NCBI GenBank assembly: GCA_964534285.1
Contig: CAZHQV010000001.1
Coordinates: 6,856-45,824 of the forward strand
Length of the DNA: 38,969 nt
Direction of reading: 5' to 3'
Source of the DNA: an uncultured Dehalococcoidales bacterium
GTDB taxonomy: Bacteria; Chloroflexota; Dehalococcoidia; GIF9; AB-539-J10
Position numbers and translations under genes: made by a program. Shown here one piece after another: positions 19,173 to 30,797 of the stretch (within the stretch, counting starts at the first letter, position 1; each line of letters opens with the position of its first letter). The notes under the pieces were generated by a model, which did not search any database, was not told the DNA's origin, and saw only the letters and a list, made by a program, of their open reading frames with translations.

Positions 19173-19580
19173 TCATTGACTCTTCTCTATTACACAAGCA
19201 GCTATGCTAGGGAAGGGGTCAGGGTACAATTCGTTCACGTATCCCCATACTACGACTTTGTCCCCATCGGATAGCTTACGACATGCTGAGTTAACCCATT
19301 TTCGCCAAGGCGAATTCGTAGTCACCTTGTAAATGTGACCGTCTCTACCATACAGGTAGAACTCATAATGATCTTCGATGTACCACAAGTCAGAAATCGT
19401 GCCGTAAACGTACACATCATCCATAAAATACAAATCTGGCAACAATACCAAGGCACTCCAATTAGCCTCCACTGCATCGCTTTTGTCATATTTCAGTCCA
19501 GGCTGACTTAACCACCACACCCCCACTACTATGAGCCCAATCACCACGGCTGCTATCAAAACATACTTCCAACGTTTCAT
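19173..19580 (-). CDS. Hypothetical membrane-anchored protein (one N-terminal TM helix plus a ~100-aa soluble domain)
   Basis: The internal ATG at 19580 (GGAAGGGAA upstream) gives MKRWKYVLIAAVVIGLIVVGVWWLSQPG... The longer listed ORF would overlap the carA 3' end. AT-rich like its neighbour. Confidence 0.5.
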   Translation of the reverse strand: MKRWKYVLIAAVVIGLIVVGVWWLSQPGLKYDKSDAVEANWSALVLLPDLYFMDDVYVYGTISDLWYIEDHYEFYLYGRDGHIYKVTTNSPWRKWVNSACRKLSDGDKVVVWGYVNELYPDPFPSIAACVIEKSQ

Positions 19581-19599
19581 TTCCCTTCCTTCATGCCTT

Positions 19600-20712
19600 T
19601 CACCTCCCAACCATTTCCAGAAACCTCTCAAATAGACACATATTGTCATAAGGGCCGGGGCAAGCTTCTGCGCTGTACTGAACAGACAGAATGGGCAAAT
19701 CCCGGTGGCGGAGACCCTCCACCGTGCCATCGTTCAAGTTCATGTGGCTAACCTCAAGTCCTCCTTTCAAAGTATCGGCGTCTATGGCATAGCCATGGTT
19801 CTGGGCAGTGATGTGGATCTTGCCAGTGACCAAGTCTCGCACAGGATAGCTGCCTCGATGCCCGAACTTGAGCTTCATGTTTTTCGCACCAAAGGCCTGA
19901 CCAATCAGATTGAGCCCCAAGCCAATACCCAGTATTGGCTTTTTCTCGAGAAGTTTTTCTATTGTCTTCACCACATAATCGAGCAGACCGGGGGTGCCTG
20001 GACCAGATGACAGTACAATACCATCGGCAGCTAGAGTCAGGATGTCTTCTCCTGAGCTGGTGTATGGGACAACAGTCATTCGACAGCCAAGTTGGCTCAA
20101 GATGCGCAGTATGTTGTATTTCAAACCCAGATCAACAACTACGAGGTGGATGCCATTTGGCTGCTTGCTCCCAGCCAATAGCGGTCGGTCATCACCCTCA
20201 CGAGGCTGCCACTCGTATGAGTTCTCGGTGCTAACTTGACGGACAAGGTCAAGTGAGGCATAGGTGGGCAAGCCTCTCAGCTCTTCTAGTGCCTCTTCAG
20301 CTGTTACTTCCGAAGTGAGGATACCCATCATAGCTCCTTCCGAGCGTATGTGGCGCGTCAAAGCGCGTGTATCTATGCCACTAATTCCGGGAATGCCGTA
20401 AGCAAGCAGAAATTCGTGTAGAGTGCGGGTGCTTTGCCAGTGACTGGGTTGGAAGCAACATTCTCGGACAGCTAGACCTCTTACCTGGACTCCCCCGGAT
20501 TCGAAATCCATTTCATTGATGCCGTAGTTGCCCACCAAAGGATACGTAGGAACTAAGATTTGGCCAGCAAACGAGGGATCTGTGAGCATCTCCTGATAGC
20601 CTGTCATGCTAGTGTCGAAAACAACCTCACCACAGGCTGTGCTCTGGGCACCAAAGGCATCCCCTTCGTAAACTGAGCCATCCTCAAGAACTAGAATAGC
20701 TTTCTCAGTCAT
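19600..20712 (-). CDS. carA: Carbamoyl-phosphate synthase small (glutamine amidotransferase) subunit
   Basis: 370-aa ORF with the CarA N-domain MTEKAILVLEDGSVYEGDAFG and a class I GATase C-domain (ILGIGLG, HRGSYPV). Confidence 0.95.
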   Translation of the reverse strand: MTEKAILVLEDGSVYEGDAFGAQSTACGEVVFDTSMTGYQEMLTDPSFAGQILVPTYPLVGNYGINEMDFESGGVQVRGLAVRECCFQPSHWQSTRTLHEFLLAYGIPGISGIDTRALTRHIRSEGAMMGILTSEVTAEEALEELRGLPTYASLDLVRQVSTENSYEWQPREGDDRPLLAGSKQPNGIHLVVVDLGLKYNILRILSQLGCRMTVVPYTSSGEDILTLAADGIVLSSGPGTPGLLDYVVKTIEKLLEKKPILGIGLGLNLIGQAFGAKNMKLKFGHRGSYPVRDLVTGKIHITAQNHGYAIDADTLKGGLEVSHMNLNDGTVEGLRHRDLPILSVQYSAEACPGPYDNMCLFERFLEMVGR

Positions 20713-22114
20713 CAGATTGCGTCGTCACTGCGCTCCTCGCAATGACAGGGGGCAAATCCGTGTAGACTATCTTGCCGTTGACTATGGTTGCCATTACCTT
20801 GCCCTTGAATTTGTAGCCGTCAAAAGGAGTGTTCCTCCCCTTGGAAGCAAAGTCGCCGCTGTTCACCACCCATTCTCGGTTGGGGTCTAATATAGTGATG
20901 TTGGCTGGAGCGCCCACTTTCAAACTGCCCAATTGACTGCCTTTGCCAATGATTCTGGCTGGCTCACGAGTCAGCTTGGAAATCAGCGTAGCGAGGCTTA
21001 TTTCCCCTTTGTGCACCAGGTTCATGAGGCAACCAAAAGCAGTCTCAAATCCGCTAATGCCGAAAGCGGCCAACTCTAGCTCACAGTCCTTGTCCGCAAA
21101 TGTATGCGGCGCATGGTCCGTAGCAATAGCATCAATCACGCCATCCTTGAGTGCCTCAATTAGGCACTCCACATCATCTCTAGTCCTCAGGGGCGGGTTT
21201 ACCTTGGCATTCGTATCGTATCGAGCTCGCTTCGCTGCTGTCGCAAGGGCGTTATTGTCTTTGCGCCGGTCCTTCCCCATTATTCTCTCCTCGGTCAAGG
21301 TTAGATGATGGGGGGTAACCTCAGCAGTTACCGAAATGCCATCTTCCTTAGCCCGCCGTATGAGTTCCACTGAACCACGGGTGCTTACATGGGCGATATG
21401 AAGCTTGGCTCCAGTCAGTTTGGCCAAAGCTAGGTCACGGGCCACCATGCTCTCCTCAGCCGCTGCGGGGATTCCTTTCAAGCCCAGCCTACTAGACACC
21501 CAGCCGTCGTTTATTATCCCATCCTTGCTCAGTGCTTCGTCTTCGCAGTGGTCTATTATGGGCAGTCCTAATGTATGGCAATAGTCTAGGGCACGGCGCA
21601 TGACTTCTGAGTTGGATACCGGGCTGCCGTTATCGCTGAAGGCAATGGCCCCCGCTTCTGCTAGCTCAGCAAAGTCACAAATCTGCTCACCTTTTCTGCC
21701 CTTGGTGACGCAGCATATGGGAAGAACGTCGACAGAGCCTTCTTTGCTCGCCTTCCGTTTCACCCAATCTACAACAATTGGGTTATCCAGTGGCGGGTTG
21801 GTGTTTGCCATGCAACAAATGGTAGCGAAGCCACCTATAGCGGCTGCCCTTGTTCCTGTGGCGATTGTCTCTTTATCCTCAAAGCCAGGTTCACGAAGAT
21901 GGCAGTGAAGGTCTACGAATCCAGGACAGACTACAAGCCCTGTGGCATCAATTACTGCTCGGTCAGGCTGAATCGCTATTTCCCCTCCCGCCGCCTCGAT
22001 ATTGCCTTTGTACACAAGAAGGTCACTAACCTGGTCTATAGCTTGGCAGGGGTCAACGATACGCCCGTGGCGGATAAGCAAAGGGAGTGATTCGGCATCT
22101 ATTGTTCCTTTCAC
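20705..22114 (-). CDS. pyrC: Dihydroorotase
   Basis: 469-aa amidohydrolase ORF with DLHCHLREPG and DHAPH motifs. Its last ~15 residues are encoded by repeat copy B. Overlaps the carA start by 8 nt. Confidence 0.9.
   Translation of the reverse strand: MKGTIDAESLPLLIRHGRIVDPCQAIDQVSDLLVYKGNIEAAGGEIAIQPDRAVIDATGLVVCPGFVDLHCHLREPGFEDKETIATGTRAAAIGGFATICCMANTNPPLDNPIVVDWVKRKASKEGSVDVLPICCVTKGRKGEQICDFAELAEAGAIAFSDNGSPVSNSEVMRRALDYCHTLGLPIIDHCEDEALSKDGIINDGWVSSRLGLKGIPAAAEESMVARDLALAKLTGAKLHIAHVSTRGSVELIRRAKEDGISVTAEVTPHHLTLTEERIMGKDRRKDNNALATAAKRARYDTNAKVNPPLRTRDDVECLIEALKDGVIDAIATDHAPHTFADKDCELELAAFGISGFETAFGCLMNLVHKGEISLATLISKLTREPARIIGKGSQLGSLKVGAPANITILDPNREWVVNSGDFASKGRNTPFDGYKFKGKVMATIVNGKIVYTDLPPVIARSAVTTQSDD
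20713..20746 (-). repeat. Short hairpin repeat, GTCATTGCGAGGAGCGCAGTGACGACGCAATCTG (copy B)
   Basis: Read on the minus strand, with an ATTGCG/CGCAAT stem. It lies inside the last codons of pyrC (translated as VIARSAVTTQS) and ends immediately 5' of the carA ATG. Confidence 0.7.
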
Positions 22115-22159
22115 TACTCTTCGTCAAGCATGCTTCAATGATGGACCGCGAACATAGCT

Positions 22160-24209
<2,050 letters not shown>

Positions 24210-24227
24210 TTAGCATGTCTCCCCTTG

Positions 24228-24257
24228 CCAGCCTCACTGGACTGATTTAAAGGCTGG
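24228..24257 (-). promoter_or_regulatory. PyrR-binding RNA stem-loop (pyr attenuator binding loop)
   Basis: Minus strand reads CCAGCCT-TTAAATCAGTCCAGTG-AGGCTGG. It contains UUUAA and CAGUCCAG(u)GAGGCU, which differs from the remembered PyrR box consensus ARUCCAGAGAGGCU at one position. It lies ~85 nt upstream of pyrR. Confidence 0.7.
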
Positions 24258-24353
24258 AGTATTTTAGCACAGTTGCGGCTGGCCTGCAAATTCCCTGGTT
24301 GAGCCTTGACATAGGCTCCAACTGACATTATTGTAAATGGGGAACTGGGGATA

Positions 24354-24941
24354 ATGGGTGATAATAGGGTCAAACAAGATGTGGAGAGGTTAAGACGAAG
24401 TCTGGGTGATTTGCCCCGACCTCAGATAGAGCCTCCGCTTATCGTAGTTAGCGGCTTGCCTGGGACAGGAAAGTCTTTTCTCTGCCGCACGTTGGCTGAA
24501 AGGCTCGATTACCTCGTTCTATCCAGTGATTCTTTGCGCCAGACGCTATTCCTCCAGCCAAAGTATGATGATGATGAGAATAGGCAGCTTTTTGCGGCTT
24601 GTCATGCCTTGATCGAGGGGCTTTTGAAAACGGGTATTCCCCTCATCTTCGATGCCACAAACTTGCTGGAGCGACACAGGGAACCGCTTTACCATATTTG
24701 CGACAAAGCAGGAGCAAAGCTCATCTTGGTTAGCGTTGAGGCCCCCGAAGAGCTGGTTCAAGAACGCCTTCTTGGTCGCGATAGTGGGACCGATGCAGAG
24801 GATAGATCACGAGCAGGTTGGGAGGTGCACCAGAGGATGAAATATCGGAAAGAGAAGATACCCCGCAACCATTTCGTTGTTGATACATCCCGAGACATCA
24901 ATGTGGCGATCGACAAGATTGCCAGGGCAACAAGGAAATAG
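24354..24941 (+). CDS. P-loop NTPase / AAA_33-type kinase-like protein
   Basis: 195-aa ORF with Walker A GLPGTGKS and a small kinase-like layout. Function unknown. Confidence 0.65.
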   Translation: MGDNRVKQDVERLRRSLGDLPRPQIEPPLIVVSGLPGTGKSFLCRTLAERLDYLVLSSDSLRQTLFLQPKYDDDENRQLFAACHALIEGLLKTGIPLIFDATNLLERHREPLYHICDKAGAKLILVSVEAPEELVQERLLGRDSGTDAEDRSRAGWEVHQRMKYRKEKIPRNHFVVDTSRDINVAIDKIARATRK

Positions 24942-25019
24942 CTGGGCTTTCTCCAAATCCCTTCCGTTCCGCGTTCAAATGAGCTAGAATTAGGGGAAAT
25001 TCGTCCGAGTCATACACTG

Positions 25020-26540
25020 TTGAACACGGAGTTGGAAGTCAGAGTCGTAAGTGGTGACATAACTCAGGTTGAGGCTGATGCCATCGTGGTCAATCTTTTC
25101 GAAGGGGTGGGGGAACCTGGTGGTGCTTGTGCTGCTGTAGATAGGGCGTTAGGTGGAGGTATTAGCAATCTTATCGGCACAGGTGAGTTCAAGGGCAAAT
25201 TTGGAGAGGTCGGCATAGTCCATACGCTGGGCAAGTTGGCGGCGAGGGTGGTCGCTGTTGCTGGGTTGGGCAAACAGGAGGATTTCAATGTGGATAAGAT
25301 TCGTGGGGTAGCGGGGGGATTCTGCCGCTCCTTGCGGAAGCTAAACTGTCACCGGATAGCCACAATACTCCATGGTGCCGGAGTGGGAGGAGTTGAGCCT
25401 GAGGCGGCAGGGGAAGCGGTAACGGAAGGTGCTCTCCTCGGGCTCTACAACTTCAGCAGATACAAGAAGCCGGACTATGGGGATGTTGCGGAAATGTTGA
25501 TAGTACAGAGGGAGGAAAAGGGGAGACTAGTGCTGGAGCAAGGAATTCGGAAGGGGAGAATAATGGCGGAAGCCACTTGCCTAGCTCGTGACATGGTCAA
25601 TGAACCGGCCAATTACATGACGCCTAGTCGGATGGCTGACATAGCCGGGGAGATAGCCGACAGGCATGGGTTGGAGCTTACCGTTTTTGGCTCAGATGAC
25701 ATGGAGGCGATGGGGATGGGAGCACTTCTGGGAGTGGCTAGAGGAAGCAAGGAGCCGCCAAAGCTTGTAACTCTTAGCTATAAGGGAGACGAACGTTCTG
25801 AAAAAGCTGTCGGCTTTCTAGGTAAAGGCATAACCTTTGATTCTGGTGGCATTTCTATCAAGCCGTCGGAGGGCATGGGTGACATGAAGGACGATATGGC
25901 GGGTGGTGCAGCAGGCATAGCAGCACTGAGCGCTATCGCTCAATTGAAACCTGCCGTCAACGTGACTGCTGTTATTCCGGCTACTGAGAATCTGCCCAGC
26001 GGTACCGCCTTGAAGCCTGGAGATGTACTGAAGGCGATGAATGGCAAGACTATCGAGGTCATAAGCACCGATGCCGAAGGAAGGCTTATTCTAGCCGACG
26101 CCCTAAGCTATGCCGTGAAACAAGGGCTGTCTCCGCTAGTTGATTTGGCTACCTTAACTGGAGCGTGTCGCATTGCTTTGGGCGATGGCTACAGTGGGGC
26201 TTTTAGCAACAATCAGGAGCTGTTGAACGAGGTTGTCAAAGCAGCCGACAAGGCGGGAGAAAAGTTGTGGCAGATGCCTATGCCTGAGGAATACAAGGAG
26301 CAGAACAAGAGTGAGATTGCCGATGTTAAGAACACAGGGAATAGGTACGCTGGAGCCATAACTGCTGCCCTTTTCCTAGGTGAGTTCGTTGATAGTACCC
26401 CTTGGGTGCACATCGACATTGCTGGCACCTCACTTAGCAGCAAAGAGAGTGGCTACATGGTGAAGGGGGCCACCGGGGTCGGTACAAGGACCTTGATTGA
26501 ACTGGCTTTACTCTTGGGTAGCCGGGAAAGGACCAGATGA
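25020..26540 (+). CDS. pepA: Leucyl aminopeptidase (M17)
   Basis: GKGITFDSGG and STDAEGRLILADAL (the NTDAEGRL signature). TTG start. Confidence 0.9.
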   Translation: MNTELEVRVVSGDITQVEADAIVVNLFEGVGEPGGACAAVDRALGGGISNLIGTGEFKGKFGEVGIVHTLGKLAARVVAVAGLGKQEDFNVDKIRGVAGGFCRSLRKLNCHRIATILHGAGVGGVEPEAAGEAVTEGALLGLYNFSRYKKPDYGDVAEMLIVQREEKGRLVLEQGIRKGRIMAEATCLARDMVNEPANYMTPSRMADIAGEIADRHGLELTVFGSDDMEAMGMGALLGVARGSKEPPKLVTLSYKGDERSEKAVGFLGKGITFDSGGISIKPSEGMGDMKDDMAGGAAGIAALSAIAQLKPAVNVTAVIPATENLPSGTALKPGDVLKAMNGKTIEVISTDAEGRLILADALSYAVKQGLSPLVDLATLTGACRIALGDGYSGAFSNNQELLNEVVKAADKAGEKLWQMPMPEEYKEQNKSEIADVKNTGNRYAGAITAALFLGEFVDSTPWVHIDIAGTSLSSKESGYMVKGATGVGTRTLIELALLLGSRERTR

Positions 26541-27184
26541 TTGTAAAGTGGTTAGGGCATGCTTCCTTCATGATTACCTCTAAGTCGGGGGTAAAGATAA
26601 TCACCGACCCTTATGCTGTCGGTGGAGGCATCAGTCACTCCTCAATCAAGGAGGCTGCTGATATTGTCGTTGTTAGCCACGACCATAGCGATCACAACAA
26701 TGTTTCAGCAGTCCAAGGGAAGCCAGAGGTAGTCAAGGGTGCTGGGGTGAAGACGGTCAGGGGAATTCAGTTCAAGGGGGTCGCCACTCATCATGATGGC
26801 TCCAAGGGTAGACTTAGGGGGGCCAACACTGTTTTCTGCTTCACTGTAGATGACATAAGACTCTGCCATTTGGGTGATTTGGGACATATGCTTAGCCAGT
26901 CCCAGATGGAGGAAGTTGCTGCTGTAGACGTGTTGTTTATCCCTGTCGGTGGCGTTTTCACCATTGATGCGGTGGAGGCGGGCCAAGTATGTGACCAGTT
27001 GAAGCCGAAGCTGATTATCCCCATGCATTTCAGGACGCCGAAGTGTGCTTATCCTATAGCGAGCGTTGCTGACTTTGTCAAAGGCAAGAAGAACGTAAGG
27101 AAGCTGGAGTCTAGTGAAATGGAGTTGGAATTAGAGAGTCTCCCAGTCGGCAGTGAAATCGCTTTGTTGGAACCGGCTTTGTAG
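26537..27184 (+). CDS. MBL-fold metal-dependent hydrolase (UPF0173-like)
   Basis: 215-aa ORF with VVSHDHSDH (the HxHxDH motif). ATGA overlap with pepA. Confidence 0.8.
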   Translation: MIVKWLGHASFMITSKSGVKIITDPYAVGGGISHSSIKEAADIVVVSHDHSDHNNVSAVQGKPEVVKGAGVKTVRGIQFKGVATHHDGSKGRLRGANTVFCFTVDDIRLCHLGDLGHMLSQSQMEEVAAVDVLFIPVGGVFTIDAVEAGQVCDQLKPKLIIPMHFRTPKCAYPIASVADFVKGKKNVRKLESSEMELELESLPVGSEIALLEPAL

Positions 27185-27228
27185 TCAGCGAAATCGAAGC
27201 ACTAGGCAGATCCGATAGACTGGACAGC

Positions 27229-27963
27229 ATGATTTTTGAAGATTCAGAGTTTGTTTTCGCACCGCCGCCTCAGCTTTTGACCGCGAGGCGCGTCCTAATC
27301 AAGCCTTGTGCCGGTTACTCTCTGCCGTATCCCGTAACAACCAGCCCTGAAATCCTGAGGAATATTGTGGAAGGGATCAGGAAAGTCAGCGATGCTGATA
27401 TCATCATTGCTGATGGAACTCCCAGTGGGGAATCGATCTACCCTGTGTATCAGGAGTTAGGATATGAATTCCGTCATGTACTTATGCTTGATATCAGAGA
27501 TTCCATCTTTGTGGAGGTTGAGAATCCTCTGTCGCAGTTCCTCGCTCTGCCAAACTTCTGGATACCCAATGTGGTCTTGCGCAGTGACTTCCTTATCAGC
27601 GTGACGCCTTTCAAGGTCTGTCGCGGTACTGCCCATTTGAGCATAGCGAACCTTCTGAGTCTCCTCCCGGTGACGAAATACCAGAAGGATAAACTGGGTG
27701 GTTGGGGGGCGTTACATGAACTAGGTATGGAGAAGGTGTTTGCTGACCTCTACTTCACCATACCTTTTGACCTGGGCATCGTCGAAGCACGTCAGAAGCT
27801 TTTCTATACTGATGATCCGGCGAAGGGGAGGGTGGAGGAGTCTGGGAAGATCTGCGTCGGCGAGCCATACGAAATTGATTGCGAGGCTTCACAACTAGCT
27901 GGCCTTGAGCCCGAGCATCTAAGACTCATCGAGGAAACCAAAGGCCAACTGGAGGATTTATAG
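27229..27963 (+). CDS. DUF362 domain protein
   Basis: RVLIKPCAGY..., ISVTPFKVCRGTAHLSIANLLSLLP and the C-terminal ...GEPYEIDCEASQLAGLEPEHLRLI follow the DUF362 pattern as remembered. Confidence 0.6.
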   Translation: MIFEDSEFVFAPPPQLLTARRVLIKPCAGYSLPYPVTTSPEILRNIVEGIRKVSDADIIIADGTPSGESIYPVYQELGYEFRHVLMLDIRDSIFVEVENPLSQFLALPNFWIPNVVLRSDFLISVTPFKVCRGTAHLSIANLLSLLPVTKYQKDKLGGWGALHELGMEKVFADLYFTIPFDLGIVEARQKLFYTDDPAKGRVEESGKICVGEPYEIDCEASQLAGLEPEHLRLIEETKGQLEDL

Positions 27964-29892
27964 TTAGCTGAGTTTGCTCCAGGCGAACCTATCCAAATTC
28001 AATTCCTTCAGTTTTTCTTCTCTAGGTAGTGCTGTTGTTGGATCCCAATTCCGGACTTCGTAGTACTGATCTAAGACTTCGTTTACTTTGTCCTCGTCCA
28101 ATTTTCTTCCTTTGATAGGCGCGTTATAGAATTTTGGAGCAAACTTGATGTCCTCCCTTTTCTCTCCTGCCTTGAAATTGAAGATTCTCTGAATGTTGGT
28201 TATCCTCTCTCCTGCTTTTCTAACATCCTCAGGTGAGAATTCGATGCCGGTGAGAGTGGTCAGGAGTTTCGCATGGAGAGTGGGACCCAAGGACCAAAGG
28301 ACTGGCGGCCTAATGCAGGTACCAGCGGCGTTCACGATATTTGCCAAGTCTTGCGACCAAGCTGCCATATGTGGAATGCTAACGGTCCCGTTGTTGAAGT
28401 CGAACACTTTCTCTTTCCAATCATCAAGGATGTCAACCTTAGCCACGGCTTTCTCAGGTGGACTGAATTCGTAGGAGTATTCCCCCTCAGGAGCTGATTT
28501 TCGTAGGTTCTCTGCGGGGGACTGTACGCCCATATGGTCTCCCCCACGACCATGGAGCAGATATCCGAAAGACCATACATCCCATCTGCACCTTGGATCT
28601 CGAGAGTTTGTCTCTAACCCCCTGGTGGTGGTCAAATACTGCTCAGAACCCCTCCCTATTCTTCGGGCCATCTCCACAGGGCCATCAGCAAGGAGGTCTC
28701 CGAAGCCTTCTCGATAAGCTATCTTCCTCATGAGTTCGAAGATGAGTGCCTCATCTCCCCAATTTAGTTCTAGGCCATCAGTGTCTGCCTTGGATATTAT
28801 GCCTTTTTGAAACAGCTCAGTAGCAAAGGCTATAGAAACAGCAGCACTAGTACCGTCGATTCCATATCTATGGAAGAGTTCCGTGGCTTTCGCTATAGCA
28901 CCAAGGTTCCTGATGCCAAGCCTCGCGCCAAACTCCATTGTAGGCGTTATTTCAATGCCCTTCAGCTTGAGGCCCTTGTAAGGACCTTCATCGATTTCCA
29001 CCCAAGGGCCACAGGCGAGGGGGCAGCCAGAACACGCTATGCTTCTCTTCTTGTATTTCAACAAGTTCTCCTTGCCCATGGCTTGGATGAAATCTTCCTT
29101 TGTCTCCTCACTTTGATTGTAGCCAGTCACTACCCCCAGATCGTAGTATATGTCCACAGCGAGCATGGAACCGAATTGCCTCCATGGCTGGTAGGCGGGA
29201 TGGTTAACTACTCTTTCCGTTGCCTCATCTGCGGCATCGAGAAACCCTTTGGGGTCAAATACAGTTATGTCCTTGTACCCTCTTAAGGCAATAGCCTTTA
29301 CATTCTTTGAACCCATTACGGCTCCCGGTCCTGTCCTAGCCCAGCCGGAACCAAAGCCATTCTCAACGGCGGCAAACTTCACCAATTTCTCTCCCCCCAC
29401 ACCGATGCAGGCAACTTCTACCTCCTCGTTTCTGAGTTCGTTCCTAATAGCTGTTACTGTATCCCAGCTATCTTTGCCCCAGAGATGCTTGGCGTCGAGG
29501 ATGTTCACTTTGCCGTTATCAATGAAGATATACACAGGATCTGGTGATTTTCCCCTAAGTACCAGATGGTCATAGCCGCATGATTTGAGCTTTGCGCCCC
29601 AGAAGTGGCCGCTGCTTGTACTTCCCAGTAACCCGGTGAGTGGCGATTTTGCAGATATGGAAGTCCTGCTAGCTGCTGGGGCTAATGTACCCACTAACGC
29701 CCCAGGGCCAAAGCACAACACATTACCTTCACTGAGTGGATCAATCATAGGATCTATCTTGTCTAGCAAGATCTTAGCGTTCATCCCCGACCCACCAATG
29801 AACTCAAAGCAATCCTCGGCCCTGAGTTCCTCCTCTGAGACTTCTCTGTTGCTCAAGTCTATCGTCACAATCTTTCCAGCATATCCAAACAT
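27964..29892 (-). CDS. Aldehyde:ferredoxin oxidoreductase family (tungsto/molybdopterin) enzyme
   Basis: 642-aa ORF with the AOR N-terminus MFGYAGKIVTIDLS and AFOR_N/AFOR_C-like sequence throughout. Its stop codon directly abuts the stop of the convergent DUF362 gene (TAG|TTA). Confidence 0.85.
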   Translation of the reverse strand: MFGYAGKIVTIDLSNREVSEEELRAEDCFEFIGGSGMNAKILLDKIDPMIDPLSEGNVLCFGPGALVGTLAPAASRTSISAKSPLTGLLGSTSSGHFWGAKLKSCGYDHLVLRGKSPDPVYIFIDNGKVNILDAKHLWGKDSWDTVTAIRNELRNEEVEVACIGVGGEKLVKFAAVENGFGSGWARTGPGAVMGSKNVKAIALRGYKDITVFDPKGFLDAADEATERVVNHPAYQPWRQFGSMLAVDIYYDLGVVTGYNQSEETKEDFIQAMGKENLLKYKKRSIACSGCPLACGPWVEIDEGPYKGLKLKGIEITPTMEFGARLGIRNLGAIAKATELFHRYGIDGTSAAVSIAFATELFQKGIISKADTDGLELNWGDEALIFELMRKIAYREGFGDLLADGPVEMARRIGRGSEQYLTTTRGLETNSRDPRCRWDVWSFGYLLHGRGGDHMGVQSPAENLRKSAPEGEYSYEFSPPEKAVAKVDILDDWKEKVFDFNNGTVSIPHMAAWSQDLANIVNAAGTCIRPPVLWSLGPTLHAKLLTTLTGIEFSPEDVRKAGERITNIQRIFNFKAGEKREDIKFAPKFYNAPIKGRKLDEDKVNEVLDQYYEVRNWDPTTALPREEKLKELNLDRFAWSKLS

Positions 29893-29970
29893 AATCTTTC
29901 TCCTTACTTGGATCCCAACCAGCAGTATGATTTCGATGTCTGTCCTCTTTCCATGGCTTTTAGCAAGTAT

Positions 29971-30450
29971 CTAGGCAATTTGCTTCAATGCCTGTGCCAG
30001 CTTGTCTGTTCCTGCTCTTCTTTTCATAGAAGCTACTTCATCCGCCTCAACGAATTGAAGGGCACCGAATTCGCAATGCTTAACACATTGTGGGTCTCCT
30101 CCACACAAATCACACTTCATTATAGTCCCCGTGTGAGGGTTTATTAGACAGCCTGCAAGAGGACAAACAGTCACGCACATCTTACAGCCGATGCATAGGT
30201 CGGCGTCCAGCACCATCGCCCCAGTCTCTTCATTGCGCGATATAGCTCTTACGGGACAAACATCTGCACAAAGAGGCTTAGTACACTGTTGGCAGAACAT
30301 TGCCACATTCATCCCTACTTCTGGGATTGATATGACTCCTATCCTTGCTTTCTCCAAGTTGAATACCCCCTCCTTAGCAAGAGAACAGGCTAACGCGCAT
30401 CTCCGGCATCCAGTGCACTTGTCAGGATCAAACAATATCAGTTTGTGCAT
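29971..30450 (-). CDS. Poly-ferredoxin-like electron-transfer subunit with four [4Fe-4S] motifs (AorA-like partner of the AOR)
   Basis: Four Cys clusters: CTGCRRCALAC, CQQCTKPLCADVCP, CIGCKMCVTVCP and CDLCGGDPQCVKHC. Lies directly upstream of the AOR gene. Confidence 0.8.
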   Translation of the reverse strand: MHKLILFDPDKCTGCRRCALACSLAKEGVFNLEKARIGVISIPEVGMNVAMFCQQCTKPLCADVCPVRAISRNEETGAMVLDADLCIGCKMCVTVCPLAGCLINPHTGTIMKCDLCGGDPQCVKHCEFGALQFVEADEVASMKRRAGTDKLAQALKQIA

Positions 30451-30797
30451 ACTGGTAATCCCCCTTCTAATTTGACGTCTTGTTTGCTGGAATGTTCCAT
30501 GACACCGCGGGTTCTTGACAGAAGATCTATATTACATGCAACCTCTGGGATCTACTGTCCCACTACAATACCTTCTAGTACTACAGAATCATGACCTGCG
30601 ATTTCAATCTGCCATTTGGCGCCATAGCTATGAAGAGCTCTTGTCCCATATTCAAGGCGAATGCTGCGTATTGGGTCTTACCTCCACCCGTCTGTGGCGA
30701 CATTTGTAGCGCTGGCACTCTCATTGATTCTGATTGTCGCGTGAGTTGACACCTCAATGCCTCAGTTCCCGCCGGTCTTCGTAGCAGACTTCTCTGC

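Noticed and set aside
27961-27966. Convergent DUF362 and AOR genes whose stop codons abut with zero spacer (TAG|TTA)
   Set aside because: It is real, but probably just compact genome organisation. There is no room for any element and no evidence of functional significance.
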